A DNA stretch of 64,000 nucleotides from an uncultured Planctomycetota bacterium. Lineage in GTDB: Bacteria > Planctomycetota > Phycisphaerae > Tepidisphaerales > Tepidisphaeraceae. The notes under the pieces were generated by a model. That model did not search any database. It saw only the letters and a list, made by a program, of their open reading frames with translations, and was not told the DNA's origin. Positions 20,837-29,938 of the stretch are shown piece by piece. Location: NCBI GenBank assembly GCA_963841915.1, contig CAWJEN010000006.1:1472001-1536000 (forward strand), written 5' to 3'. The position numbers and the translations under genes are program-made. The first letter of the stretch is position 1, and every line of letters begins with the position of its first letter.

Positions 20837-22651
20837 CTAAGCGCCGATGTCTGGTCGATCTCGCAGCTCGACGCGTGCGCTCTCGACCGTCTTGTGTTCG
20901 GCACTTTCGAAGACAACGACTTCATTCTTGCCGCTCCTGAACAGGTGCCGCGGGGCGTACAGCGTGCGCTGCGGCCCAATGTGCCAGAGGCGGCCGAGGT
21001 TGAAGCCGTTGAGGAAGACGATGCAACGCTCTGCCCCTGGAACGGCGAGGTACGCATCACCGATCTGCCCGTCCTCTAGGTCAAAGTGGCCGGCAAAGAA
21101 GCCCGGGCCGGTCGGTAGCTCGTCGCCGAACGTCAAGCCCTCAACCGACTCCATCGGCATCGCCCGGCTGTGCCAGTCGAAGATCGCCCGCTCGTCGTGC
21201 CGTCGATCACCGAAGAGCACACCGCCGCGACTCGAGCCGTCGATGCCTTTGGACTCGGTCATGCGGTGACCGAAGTTGGCTCGGCCGAGATTCTCGACGA
21301 GCACCTCGAGATGGGCCGGAGCTTCCAGCGTCGGCAGCCGGATCTCCGTGGCGGTGCCGGCGTCGAGGTCATTTCGATACTGCATCCCCAGCACCTTGCC
21401 GTTCAGCATGATGGTCGCAATGTCTCGCATCTCCCGCAGCACGATCTTCGAGCCACTGAGGATCGTCGGCACGGTCGCCTCGTAATGCGCAAAGCCGATG
21501 CCGTGACCGAGCTTCTCCATGCGAACCGGCGCGGTGGACCGCACGCCCTTGTCGACGAAAGCGGCTTGGAACTTGCAGCCGCGGTCGAGCAACACGTCAC
21601 GCGGCTGCATCGTCGCCGCCGGCTCAAACCTTTCATCGCTCGTCATAAACCCGTGAGACTTCACGACTTTTCGACAGGCGTCGTACTTCGCAGTCGTGTC
21701 GCCGCACTCGCTGAGGAGCGCGTCGTAGTCGTAGCTGGTGACGTACGGCTCGAAGGCGTCGGAGCAATTTCCGCCGCTGGTCAGGCCGAAGTTCGTGCCG
21801 CCGTGAAAGACGTAGAAGTTGACGAGCGTGTCGCGTTTGAGCATGTCGTCGAGCACCTTGGCCACGTCTGCGGCAGGACGGGAGCTGTGACCGGGTTTAC
21901 CCCAGGCGTCGAACCAACCGACCCAGTACTCCATGCACGACAGCGGGCCGTCAGGTTGATGGCGGGCGAGCGTGTCAAGCCTTGCCATCGCGTCGTCACC
22001 AAAGTTGCCCGTGCGAAGGACACCCTCGATGCCGCCGAGCGTTTGCTGCTCGTCGGTCGGCAGGTCACTGGTGAAGAGCGGGACGTCGACCCCGCCCGCA
22101 ACGAGTAGCTGCTTCAGATGTTGCAGGTACTTGGGATCGTGGCCGAAGTAGCCGTACTCGTTCTCGACCTGCACCGCGAGGATGGGGCCGCCCTTGGTAG
22201 AGAGGCGTGGCACGACGCGTGGCAGCAGCTCATCCCACCACGCCTTCACGGCCCCGAGGTACGATGTGTCACTGCATCGCACGCGTGCGTTGTCTCGTTC
22301 CAGTAGCCACCACGGCAGGCCGCCAAAGTCCCACTCAGCGCAGATGTAGGGCCCTGGTCGCAGCAGAACGTGCAGATCCAGCTGCGCGGCCAGATCGACA
22401 AACTGCTCCAGATCGCGATGCCCGTCGAAGCGAAATTCGCCGCGATACGGCTCGTGAAGATTCCACGGCACGTACGTCTCGACCGTGTTACAGCCGAGAG
22501 CCTTGAGCTTCAGCAGTCGATCCTCCCAATCGGGGGCCAGCGTGCGAAAGTAGTGGATCGCGCCGCTGAGCAGTCGGACCGGCTTCTCGTCGACGAAGGT
22601 CTGTCGGCCTTGCCAGGTGAGATTGCTTGATCGGCGATTTGCGTCACTCAT
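20837..22651 (-). CDS. Beta-galactosidase, GH35
   Basis: SGAIHYFR, NTVETYVPWNLHEP, RPGPYICAEW, QVENEYG, MEYWVGWFD, HGGTNFG, TSYDYDA, GPQRTLY. Start placed at MSDANRR (22651). No clear signal peptide. Confidence 0.92.
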   Translation of the reverse strand: MSDANRRSSNLTWQGRQTFVDEKPVRLLSGAIHYFRTLAPDWEDRLLKLKALGCNTVETYVPWNLHEPYRGEFRFDGHRDLEQFVDLAAQLDLHVLLRPGPYICAEWDFGGLPWWLLERDNARVRCSDTSYLGAVKAWWDELLPRVVPRLSTKGGPILAVQVENEYGYFGHDPKYLQHLKQLLVAGGVDVPLFTSDLPTDEQQTLGGIEGVLRTGNFGDDAMARLDTLARHQPDGPLSCMEYWVGWFDAWGKPGHSSRPAADVAKVLDDMLKRDTLVNFYVFHGGTNFGLTSGGNCSDAFEPYVTSYDYDALLSECGDTTAKYDACRKVVKSHGFMTSDERFEPAATMQPRDVLLDRGCKFQAAFVDKGVRSTAPVRMEKLGHGIGFAHYEATVPTILSGSKIVLREMRDIATIMLNGKVLGMQYRNDLDAGTATEIRLPTLEAPAHLEVLVENLGRANFGHRMTESKGIDGSSRGGVLFGDRRHDERAIFDWHSRAMPMESVEGLTFGDELPTGPGFFAGHFDLEDGQIGDAYLAVPGAERCIVFLNGFNLGRLWHIGPQRTLYAPRHLFRSGKNEVVVFESAEHKTVESARVELRDRPDIGA

Positions 22652-22853
22652 AAAGCCAGTAAAGGCAAGGAAGCATGACGCTTGCGAGGTCAGGCAATAG
22701 ATTCGCGGAGAACGATAACGGGCTGCCACGCCCACGATGTTGCTGCAGCAGAGTCGGTGATTTAGCCTGACCAACGCAGGCCTCCGTAAATGCCCCGGAA
22801 GTTCAGTCATCTGTCGTTTGCACGGCATCTTCGGCAGAACCCAATCGCTCCTG

Positions 22854-24167
22854 ATGATCGTAAAGCTGACCGCCACGTCGTCGCTCATTGCACTTGCCGC
22901 GTTGCTGACGTGGCTGCCGAACTTTGGGCGTGTCACGGCAGCGGCCGACGGGCGTCGGGTCGTCACAGTGTGGAGCTGGGACATTGCAGCAGAAGCACTC
23001 GACGCCGTCACCGACGACTTCGAGGCGGCCGCTCCCGATGTTGACGTGCGTGTCGAGCGAAACGGCACCATGCTGCAAAGCCGCCTCTTGCTTTCACTCG
23101 TCGCCGAGAAGGGTGGGCCGTCCGTTGCGCAGTTGCAGGAGCGGGAGACGATGCGCTTCAGCGGGACCGGGCGACTCGTGGAGCTGACCGATTGGGCGGC
23201 CAAGCATCGGGATGACTTTCCGCCGTCGTTCTGGGCGAGTGTGGAGCAGGAAGGCAAGGTGTACGCGGTGCCGTGGGACATCGGGCCATGCGCTGTTTAC
23301 TACAAGCGGTGGCTGTTCGAGCGGTACGACATCGACCCGGAGGAGATCGAGACGTGGGACGACTTCATCGCCGCCGGTGAGTTGATGTACGAGCGTTCGG
23401 GCGGTGAGACGATGATGATGCCACTGTCCCCAGGGTCATCTACTGACATGCTGACCATGTTGATGCAGCAGAACGGCGGCGGCATCTTTAACTCGGACGG
23501 CAGGATCATGCTTCAAGCTCCGGAAAACCAGGAGGCATTGATTGTGCTCGGGCGGCTGCTGGCGTCGGATGCCACAGGTCTCGGCGCAATGGGTGGGCCT
23601 GAGTTTCTGTCCGGCTTGTCCCGCGACACGTTCGCTTGCTACCCAGGTGCGGCCTGGTTAAGCAAGATGATCAAAGACAACTCGAACGAGACGCGCTACG
23701 GCGAGTGGGGCATCTTCAGGTTGCCCGCAATCCGACCGGGCGGCCTGCGGAACAGCAATTCCGGAGGCAGTGTGCTCGTCGTGCCCGAGGGTGCCACCGA
23801 GCCCGAGGCTGCGGGGCGGTTCATCGAGTACGCGTTGTGCACCGTGCCGGGCCAGATCGAGCAGTTCGAGAAGTACGGCCTGTTCCCGGCTTACCTGCCT
23901 GCGCACGATCACCCGTACTTCAGTCAGCCCGACCCTTTCTACGGCGGCCAGGCGGTGAACGAGCTGTTCGCCCGCGACTTCGAGAAGGTGCCGCCTTTGA
24001 CGCGAACGAACGACTGGACCGACGGCGAACGGCTTCTCGGTCAGAGCCTGAATCGATTTGCGGTTCAGCGACCGGACGAGGCGACGTTTCTTCGAGAGCT
24101 TGCAGAAACGCTGGCCGAGCAAACAGGTCGTGAACTCGCCGACGCTACATCGAGGAGCTCGTCGTGA
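22854..24167 (+). CDS. Carbohydrate ABC transporter substrate-binding protein (CUT1)
   Basis: N-terminal hydrophobic segment, VTVWSW, GKVYAVPWDIGP, ETWDDFIAAG, GGS motif. Confidence 0.85.
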   Translation: MIVKLTATSSLIALAALLTWLPNFGRVTAAADGRRVVTVWSWDIAAEALDAVTDDFEAAAPDVDVRVERNGTMLQSRLLLSLVAEKGGPSVAQLQERETMRFSGTGRLVELTDWAAKHRDDFPPSFWASVEQEGKVYAVPWDIGPCAVYYKRWLFERYDIDPEEIETWDDFIAAGELMYERSGGETMMMPLSPGSSTDMLTMLMQQNGGGIFNSDGRIMLQAPENQEALIVLGRLLASDATGLGAMGGPEFLSGLSRDTFACYPGAAWLSKMIKDNSNETRYGEWGIFRLPAIRPGGLRNSNSGGSVLVVPEGATEPEAAGRFIEYALCTVPGQIEQFEKYGLFPAYLPAHDHPYFSQPDPFYGGQAVNELFARDFEKVPPLTRTNDWTDGERLLGQSLNRFAVQRPDEATFLRELAETLAEQTGRELADATSRSSS

Positions 24168-24177
24168 AATCGGGCGC

Positions 24178-25134
24178 ATGGAACTAGAGGCACCCGTCCG
24201 GTCGGCCGTGGCGCGGCAGGACGTCTCGCAGCTCAAAGCGGATGGCACGCCCGGCGAATCCTTGAAGAGCCGTCTCTGGCAGTACAAGCATTTCTACGCG
24301 TTCATCTCGCCGTTCTTCATCCTGTTTGCGGTGCTGGGACTGTACCCGCTGGTCTTTTCGCTCTACCTCAGCTTCGCGACGTGGGACGGCCTGGGCCCGC
24401 AGCAGTGGGTGGGACTCGACAACTTTCGGCAGCTGCTAGGCGACCGAATGTTCTGGTCGAGCCTGGGCGTGACGCTGATCCTGGGCATGATGTACATCCC
24501 GCCGATGTTTGTGATGGCGCTCGGGCTTGCGCTGCTGCTCAACGCAAATGCACTGAAGCTCAAGGGTTTCTTCCGCGCGGCGGTCTTCGTGCCTTGCATC
24601 ACGCCGATGGTCGTGATCGCGGTCGTCTTTTCTCTGCTCTTCGGTACGCAGGCGGGGTTGCTGAACTGGCTGTGGATCAGCGTCGGCGGCGAACGCGTTG
24701 CCTGGCTGGAGACAACGTGGGGCGCTCGCGTTGCGGTGTGTGTCGTGCTGGTGTGGCGGTGGACGGGTTACAACATGGTGCTGATCCTCGCCGGGTTGCA
24801 AGGCATCAGCGAAGACCTGTACGAGGCGGCGACGTTGGACGGCGCGTCGCGTTGGCAGAAGCTGATCCACGTGACCTTGCCGTTGTTGCGGCCGACGCTG
24901 ATGTTCTGTGCGATCATGTCGCTTGTCGGAACCGCGTTCATGTTTGACGAGGTGTTCGTGTTGACCGGCGGCGGACCGGGGACGGACACGGTTAACTTCG
25001 GGCTCTACCTGTTCCAGCTGTCGTTCGAGAGCTTCCGCCTCGGCTATGCGTCGGCGGCGGCGTACGTGGTGGCGGGAACTGTCTTCGTCGCCACACTCAT
25101 CGTCCTGCGACTCGGAAAGGCGGCAGACGCGTGA
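24178..25134 (+). CDS. Carbohydrate ABC transporter permease 1
   Basis: WVGLDNF, WRWTGYNM, EAA loop LYEAATLDGAS. Confidence 0.9.
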   Translation: MELEAPVRSAVARQDVSQLKADGTPGESLKSRLWQYKHFYAFISPFFILFAVLGLYPLVFSLYLSFATWDGLGPQQWVGLDNFRQLLGDRMFWSSLGVTLILGMMYIPPMFVMALGLALLLNANALKLKGFFRAAVFVPCITPMVVIAVVFSLLFGTQAGLLNWLWISVGGERVAWLETTWGARVAVCVVLVWRWTGYNMVLILAGLQGISEDLYEAATLDGASRWQKLIHVTLPLLRPTLMFCAIMSLVGTAFMFDEVFVLTGGGPGTDTVNFGLYLFQLSFESFRLGYASAAAYVVAGTVFVATLIVLRLGKAADA

Positions 25135-25979
25135 GCAACTCCCAGACCATCAGTCGCAATTCACTTGGTGCTGTTGCGCGGTACGGCCTTCTGCTCCTGA
25201 CAGCCATCGTCTTCTTGTTGCCGTTGTATTGGCTGCTTGCCAGCGCATTCAAAGATCAGAGCCGGATCTACGCCCTGCCGCCGGAGCTGTTTCCAATTCC
25301 GCCGGTGCTCGGCAACTTCGGCGATGTGTTCGACCAGACACGCCTGGCCAGGGCGTTTTTCAACTCGGCCGTCATCGCCGTCGTGCACGTGGCGCTCACG
25401 CTGTTCCTTTGTTCGCTCGCCGGCTTCGCCTTTTCCGCCTATCGATCGGCACCCGGGGCCAACGGACTCTTCGTCGCGGTGTTGGGGACGATGATGATTC
25501 CCGGAGCGGTGACGCTCGTGCCGGTGTTCGTGCTCATGAGTGAGGTGCGGGCGATCGATACGTACTGGGGCATGATCATCCCCGGGATTGCCAACGCGTT
25601 TGGCATCTTCTGGATGAGGCAGTACTTCTCTGCCAACGTGCCGGCCGATCTCTATAGCGCGGCACGGATCGACGGCTGCAGCGAGTTCGGCATCTACTGG
25701 CGCGTCGCCGTCCCCCTGGCCACGCCGGCACTGGCGGCCTTGGGGGTGCTGACGCTGATCTCGAATTGGAATAACCTCATGTGGGCCTTCGTCGTGCTAC
25801 GAAGCGAACACATGCAGACCATGCCGTTGCTGATCTACCTGCTGCAGGGTGAGAACCTGACGCCGTGGGGCATGCTCATGGCAGCGGGCGTGCTGGCGAC
25901 GGCACCACTCGTCATCGCCTTTCTCCTATTCCAGAAGGCGTTCATCGGCGGCATGACAGCCGGTGCGGTCAAGAGCTAG
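25131..25979 (+). CDS. Carbohydrate ABC transporter permease 2
   Basis: FFNS, MMIPG, AARIDGCSE, WNNLMW, GAVK C-terminus. GTGA overlap with permease 1. Confidence 0.9.
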   Translation: MSNSQTISRNSLGAVARYGLLLLTAIVFLLPLYWLLASAFKDQSRIYALPPELFPIPPVLGNFGDVFDQTRLARAFFNSAVIAVVHVALTLFLCSLAGFAFSAYRSAPGANGLFVAVLGTMMIPGAVTLVPVFVLMSEVRAIDTYWGMIIPGIANAFGIFWMRQYFSANVPADLYSAARIDGCSEFGIYWRVAVPLATPALAALGVLTLISNWNNLMWAFVVLRSEHMQTMPLLIYLLQGENLTPWGMLMAAGVLATAPLVIAFLLFQKAFIGGMTAGAVKS

Positions 25980-27538
25980 TCGCCCTGTCCGGCGAGACGC
26001 TCAGGCTGCTGCTTTACTGCATCGAGCATCGCCGTCAGCTCTTCGACAACCTCCGGATGCGATGCCGCGACATTGACCTGCTCACCCGGATCGTCGGCGA
26101 GGTTGAACAGCATCGGCCGCCGTGAAGGTCCCGGCGTCGACAGCGGATTCGGGTAGGTGTTGTGCTTGGCGACGGTCCACGCTTGGAGTCCGTACCCGGG
26201 AATCAACTTCCAGTCGCCTCGCCGGAAGGCGACAACGCCAGGAGCCGTCTGAATGACATGACCGCGGCCGGTGTCTGCCTCGCCCAGCAGGTGGTCGAGC
26301 GCGTTCAGGCTGTCCGCTGCGGCTCCGCTAGGAAGCTCGGCACCGGTCAATGCTGCAAGCGAATGCATCAAATCCACTTGGCTGAACAGATGCTCTGACA
26401 CGCCCGGCTCGACACGATCAGGCCAATGCACGAGGAAGGGCACCCGGCACCCGCCTTCGAACGGCAAGTACTTTCCGCCACGCGAGTCACCCGACGCCTG
26501 GTGGTTGTTAGCCTTCTCGATCGAGCCGTCGTTGTACGAGTCGTAGAAGATCGCACCGTTGTCGCTGGTGAAAATCAGCAGCGTGTTGTCGAGCATGTCT
26601 CGCTCTTGCAACAGGCTGACGACTTCACCGACCGCCCAATCGAGCTCGATCATCGAGTCGCCGCGTAGGCCGGTTTGGCTGGTGTCGACGAATTGCTCTG
26701 CCGGCGTTCGCGGCGTGTGGACCTGGTGAAGCGAAAGGAAGACGAACTGCGGCTCGTCACCCTTGCCGTCGAGGAACTGCTTGAAGCGGTCGACGAATTG
26801 GCCGGTCAGCGCCTGGTCGTCCCACCAGGCGCTCTTCCCGCCGGACTGCCAACCGATGCGGGAGATGCCGTTGACGATGGTGCCGTTGTGCTGGCCGTCA
26901 GCCGGGTACTTCAGCAGCTGCGGATGCGAAGCAGCCGTCGGTTCGTCACCGACTTGTTGGCTAAAGCTGACCGTGAGCGGGTCGTCTGCAGACAGACCCA
27001 CGACTCGGTTGCCCTCCATCAAGACGGTGGGAACGCGGTCGTTCGTGGCGGGCAAGATGAAAGACTCGTCGAACCCTAGATCGAGCGGCGTCGCGTCGAC
27101 GTCGCCGTTCCAGTTGATCGGGCCGGACCCGTCGCCGAGCCCGAGGTGCCACTTGCCGATCATTGCCGTCTCGTACCCGACGTCATTGAGCACGCTTGCC
27201 AAGGTCGAAGTTCCTGATTCGATGAGCATGGCCGCGTCGCCGTTGAGGATGTAGGTCCCCCGCTGACGGAACGGGTAGTTGCCGGTCAGAACGCTGTAGC
27301 GACTGGGCGTGCAGGTGGACGAGGTGGCAAACGCCTGATTGAACCGCAGACCCGCTGCAGCAAGGCGGTCGAGGTGCGGCGTGTCCGTCGTCGGCTCTCC
27401 GTACGCGCCCACGTCACCCACACCGACGTCGTCGCTGTAGATGATGACGATGTTCGGCCGTTCTGACTCCTCGGCCGACGCAGGAACCGTAATCCCGCCG
27501 AGGGCGGCGAAAGAGAGGACGAGGTGAGTGAGGCGCAT
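25976..27538 (-). CDS. Secreted arylsulfatase (S1 family)
   Basis: RPNIVIIYSDD, CTPSRYSVLTG, GKWHLG, TSDNG, signal peptide. Start at MRLTHLV. Confidence 0.92.
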   Translation of the reverse strand: MRLTHLVLSFAALGGITVPASAEESERPNIVIIYSDDVGVGDVGAYGEPTTDTPHLDRLAAAGLRFNQAFATSSTCTPSRYSVLTGNYPFRQRGTYILNGDAAMLIESGTSTLASVLNDVGYETAMIGKWHLGLGDGSGPINWNGDVDATPLDLGFDESFILPATNDRVPTVLMEGNRVVGLSADDPLTVSFSQQVGDEPTAASHPQLLKYPADGQHNGTIVNGISRIGWQSGGKSAWWDDQALTGQFVDRFKQFLDGKGDEPQFVFLSLHQVHTPRTPAEQFVDTSQTGLRGDSMIELDWAVGEVVSLLQERDMLDNTLLIFTSDNGAIFYDSYNDGSIEKANNHQASGDSRGGKYLPFEGGCRVPFLVHWPDRVEPGVSEHLFSQVDLMHSLAALTGAELPSGAAADSLNALDHLLGEADTGRGHVIQTAPGVVAFRRGDWKLIPGYGLQAWTVAKHNTYPNPLSTPGPSRRPMLFNLADDPGEQVNVAASHPEVVEELTAMLDAVKQQPERLAGQGD

Positions 27539-27553
27539 AGGGCAGGGGCGGGT

Positions 27554-27595
27554 AGAAAAAGATCGGGCACCCGCGGCATGGCCGTGGGTGCCCGA
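27554..27595 (-). terminator. Intrinsic terminator-like hairpin between the PEP-CTERM gene and the sulfatase
   Basis: Stem TCGGGCACCCGCGGC / GCCGTGGGTGCCCGA with a 3-nt loop, followed on the minus strand by TCTTTTTCT. Confidence 0.65.
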
Positions 27596-27617
27596 CGAGT
27601 TCATGCAAGCAGACGTC

Positions 27618-28283
27618 TCAGGCGCGACGACGACGCATCAGCAGCGGGGCTGCGGCGAGGACGAGGCCCATCGAAGCCGGCTCGGGAACAATGTTGTTCT
27701 CGAAGCTGAAGCCGCGAATAGCGAGCTGAGCACCAGCCTGGTTGGTGTCGTTGATGCTGACAAGCAGCGTCTGCCCTTGGCTGGCGGCCGGATCGAGCGA
27801 GACGGTGCGGAGCGTCCCGTTGAAGCCGGCACCGCCCTGGAAGAACGACAGCGTGCCGGCGTCGTACATCAAGCCTGAGATGTTACCGGTCACGTCAATC
27901 GACGCCATCGGGTCAGAGGTGAAGCCGCTGATCGAGACAAGGCCGCGGGAGAAATCATAACCGAGCGAGGCGAGGCCGGAGGTGGCGCCGAAGTCGATCT
28001 GGAGCTGCTCGTCGTTCTCGTTACCGACGATGATGTCGGGATCGTTGAATGCCGCGGCGTTGGTGCCGAAGCCGTCGATGCCGAGGCGGGGTGCCACGGC
28101 GTTGAACGTGACGACGGTGCCGCCACGAAGTGGGGTGAACGTGGCCGACGCATCGCCCATGCCGATGGTGGTGGTAACGGTGTTGGTGTCGCCGAGGTTG
28201 ACGTCAGCTGGCGTGACGGGAACAAGGGCGGCATTGGCGGCGGTTGCGAAGCCGGCGACGGCAAGAAAAGCTTTGACCTTCAT
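27618..28283 (-). CDS. PEP-CTERM sorting-domain protein
   Basis: Signal peptide and C-terminal VPEPASMGLVLAAAPLLMRRRRA. SD-like GAGGAG upstream. Confidence 0.92.
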   Translation of the reverse strand: MKVKAFLAVAGFATAANAALVPVTPADVNLGDTNTVTTTIGMGDASATFTPLRGGTVVTFNAVAPRLGIDGFGTNAAAFNDPDIIVGNENDEQLQIDFGATSGLASLGYDFSRGLVSISGFTSDPMASIDVTGNISGLMYDAGTLSFFQGGAGFNGTLRTVSLDPAASQGQTLLVSINDTNQAGAQLAIRGFSFENNIVPEPASMGLVLAAAPLLMRRRRA

Positions 28284-28413
28284 GATTTTCTCCTCAGGTT
28301 GAAAAGTGATTCGAACGATTCCTCCCGTGCAGCCAGCAGAAAGCTGGTGAAGCAGCGGTCAGATGAGCCATAAACCTACACGAAAGGCGGCGAGTGTGCT
28401 TGCCGAGTCTGCC

Positions 28414-28433
28414 GCAAAATATTACCGTTTTGC
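28414..28433. promoter_or_regulatory. Candidate operator palindrome in the divergent PEP-CTERM/prepilin intergenic region
   Basis: GCAAAA-TATTACCG-TTTTGC. Confidence 0.3.
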
Positions 28434-28825
28434 ACACCAATGTCATGAAAATCGACATCGGCCGACGACATCAGGTGAAAAATGTCGCTTACCGAGCCGT
28501 CCAGCGGCTGCCACGCGATGAATTTGAGAAGTCGCCCGTGGCAGGTTGGAAGCTGGCCATGATGAATCCGGTTCGTCCGATAGGCGAATGCCTGTGTCGT
28601 CCGGACGCGGCCGACGGACTTGCGACGCTCCGATGACGGTTTATCGGCAGCTTCGCATCATGCTCACCACGCTGATATGGCTGAGCCTAGAAGCCTAGCC
28701 CGGTGACGAAAAAGCATAATTAAGGAATCATTTGCCGCAAAGCGGATGTAGGCGTAGACGATGTAGGTCGTATGGTACTAGCTGGCCCAACCGCCGCTTT
28801 CGAACCCGTCCTGAGGAGGTCCATC

Positions 28826-29740
28826 ATGAAAACACCCAACACCCGAAACGCACGCCACGGCTTCACCCTGGTGGAGCTGCTCGTTGTCATCGGCATCATC
28901 GCGCTGCTGATCGGCATTCTGCTCCCGACGCTTAGCCGTGCGCAGGGTTCGGCCAAGAAGGTCGTTTGCCTGTCGAACCAGCGACAAGTCGGCACGCTTC
29001 TCGTCATGTACACGAACGAGAACCAGTACCGCATGCCCGTCACGCACTATTACGGTGGCCGTGAAGGTTCCGGTCCCGCTGTTCAGTGGGACTTCGGCCT
29101 GCCAGACTCGTACAACGACTGGCAGTTCACGACCAACAACGGTCCGACCGGTGCTAGGGAAGGCTATGGGATGAACTTCTTTGGTGGCCTGCTTGCCATG
29201 GGCGGCGAAGGGGCCGACGCCATCGGCGATGCCTTGGTGTGCCCGGAGGCTGACATCAGTCGAATTCCGGACGATCTAGAGCCCGGTCAGCCAATTACAA
29301 ACTACCTCGTCAACGCGAACTTCCCAAACCGGAAGATCACCGAGATCAAGGGCAGTTCTGAGTATGCGGTGCTGCAGGATAACATCCGGGCGTTTGAAAA
29401 TTCTTACACCCGCCCATTGCGAAGCGTGCAAGGCTCGCCAGTCTCGCCACCGTACCACGCCGCGCTGCTGAACGATTTTAAGCCACAAGACTGGTACCGC
29501 GATTGGGCCAACGTTCCAGGTAGCGCCGGTGCTATTGCAACTTACGGCAACGTGCACGATGGTGGCGGCGTCTTCCTGATGGCCGACGGCAGTGGCATCT
29601 GGATTGATCGTGAGGCCACGACTGCTCGTCTCTTCGGCTTTTTCGGCGATGGTGCCGGCCTCTACGGCACTGCAGAGGATCGGTACGAAGAGAGTCTCGG
29701 AAAAAGATATCGCTCAATCTTCGACTACCCCGAGCAGTGA
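28826..29740 (+). CDS. Prepilin-type N-terminal cleavage / H-X9-DG (DUF1559-like) protein
   Basis: HGFTLVELLVVIGIIALLIGILLPTL, CLSNQRQ, CP, HDGGGVFLMADG. SD GAGGAGG precedes ATG 28826. Confidence 0.92.
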   Translation: MKTPNTRNARHGFTLVELLVVIGIIALLIGILLPTLSRAQGSAKKVVCLSNQRQVGTLLVMYTNENQYRMPVTHYYGGREGSGPAVQWDFGLPDSYNDWQFTTNNGPTGAREGYGMNFFGGLLAMGGEGADAIGDALVCPEADISRIPDDLEPGQPITNYLVNANFPNRKITEIKGSSEYAVLQDNIRAFENSYTRPLRSVQGSPVSPPYHAALLNDFKPQDWYRDWANVPGSAGAIATYGNVHDGGGVFLMADGSGIWIDREATTARLFGFFGDGAGLYGTAEDRYEESLGKRYRSIFDYPEQ

Positions 29741-29938
29741 TCTGCTGACGTAGGTCAGGGCGGGCAGGACGGGCCAACGGTCGTCTCTGCAGCAGATTTG
29801 TCTCTGGTGAAGACTCCTCCTCTCGGCCGTCACGTTGGCTCGTGGCGGCCGACTTCTAATCCCGTCGGAATCGCAATCGATGCCGTCGGTGAATCCAACC
29901 GTGATTCAATTCAGCACTTTTTCAACCGGTAGCTCATC

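Noticed and set aside
22652..23281. 210-aa N-terminal extension of the GH35 ORF
   Set aside because: It is antisense to the substrate-binding protein gene. GH35 homology begins after MSDANRR at 22651.
22854..25979. ABC cassette without an ATPase gene
   Set aside because: This is normal for CUT1 systems, which often share an MsmX/MalK-type ATPase encoded elsewhere.
28284..28825. 542-bp intergenic region as a possible ncRNA or riboswitch
   Set aside because: I recognised no known RNA motif or strong stem. Divergent promoters explain it adequately. An Rfam search would settle it.
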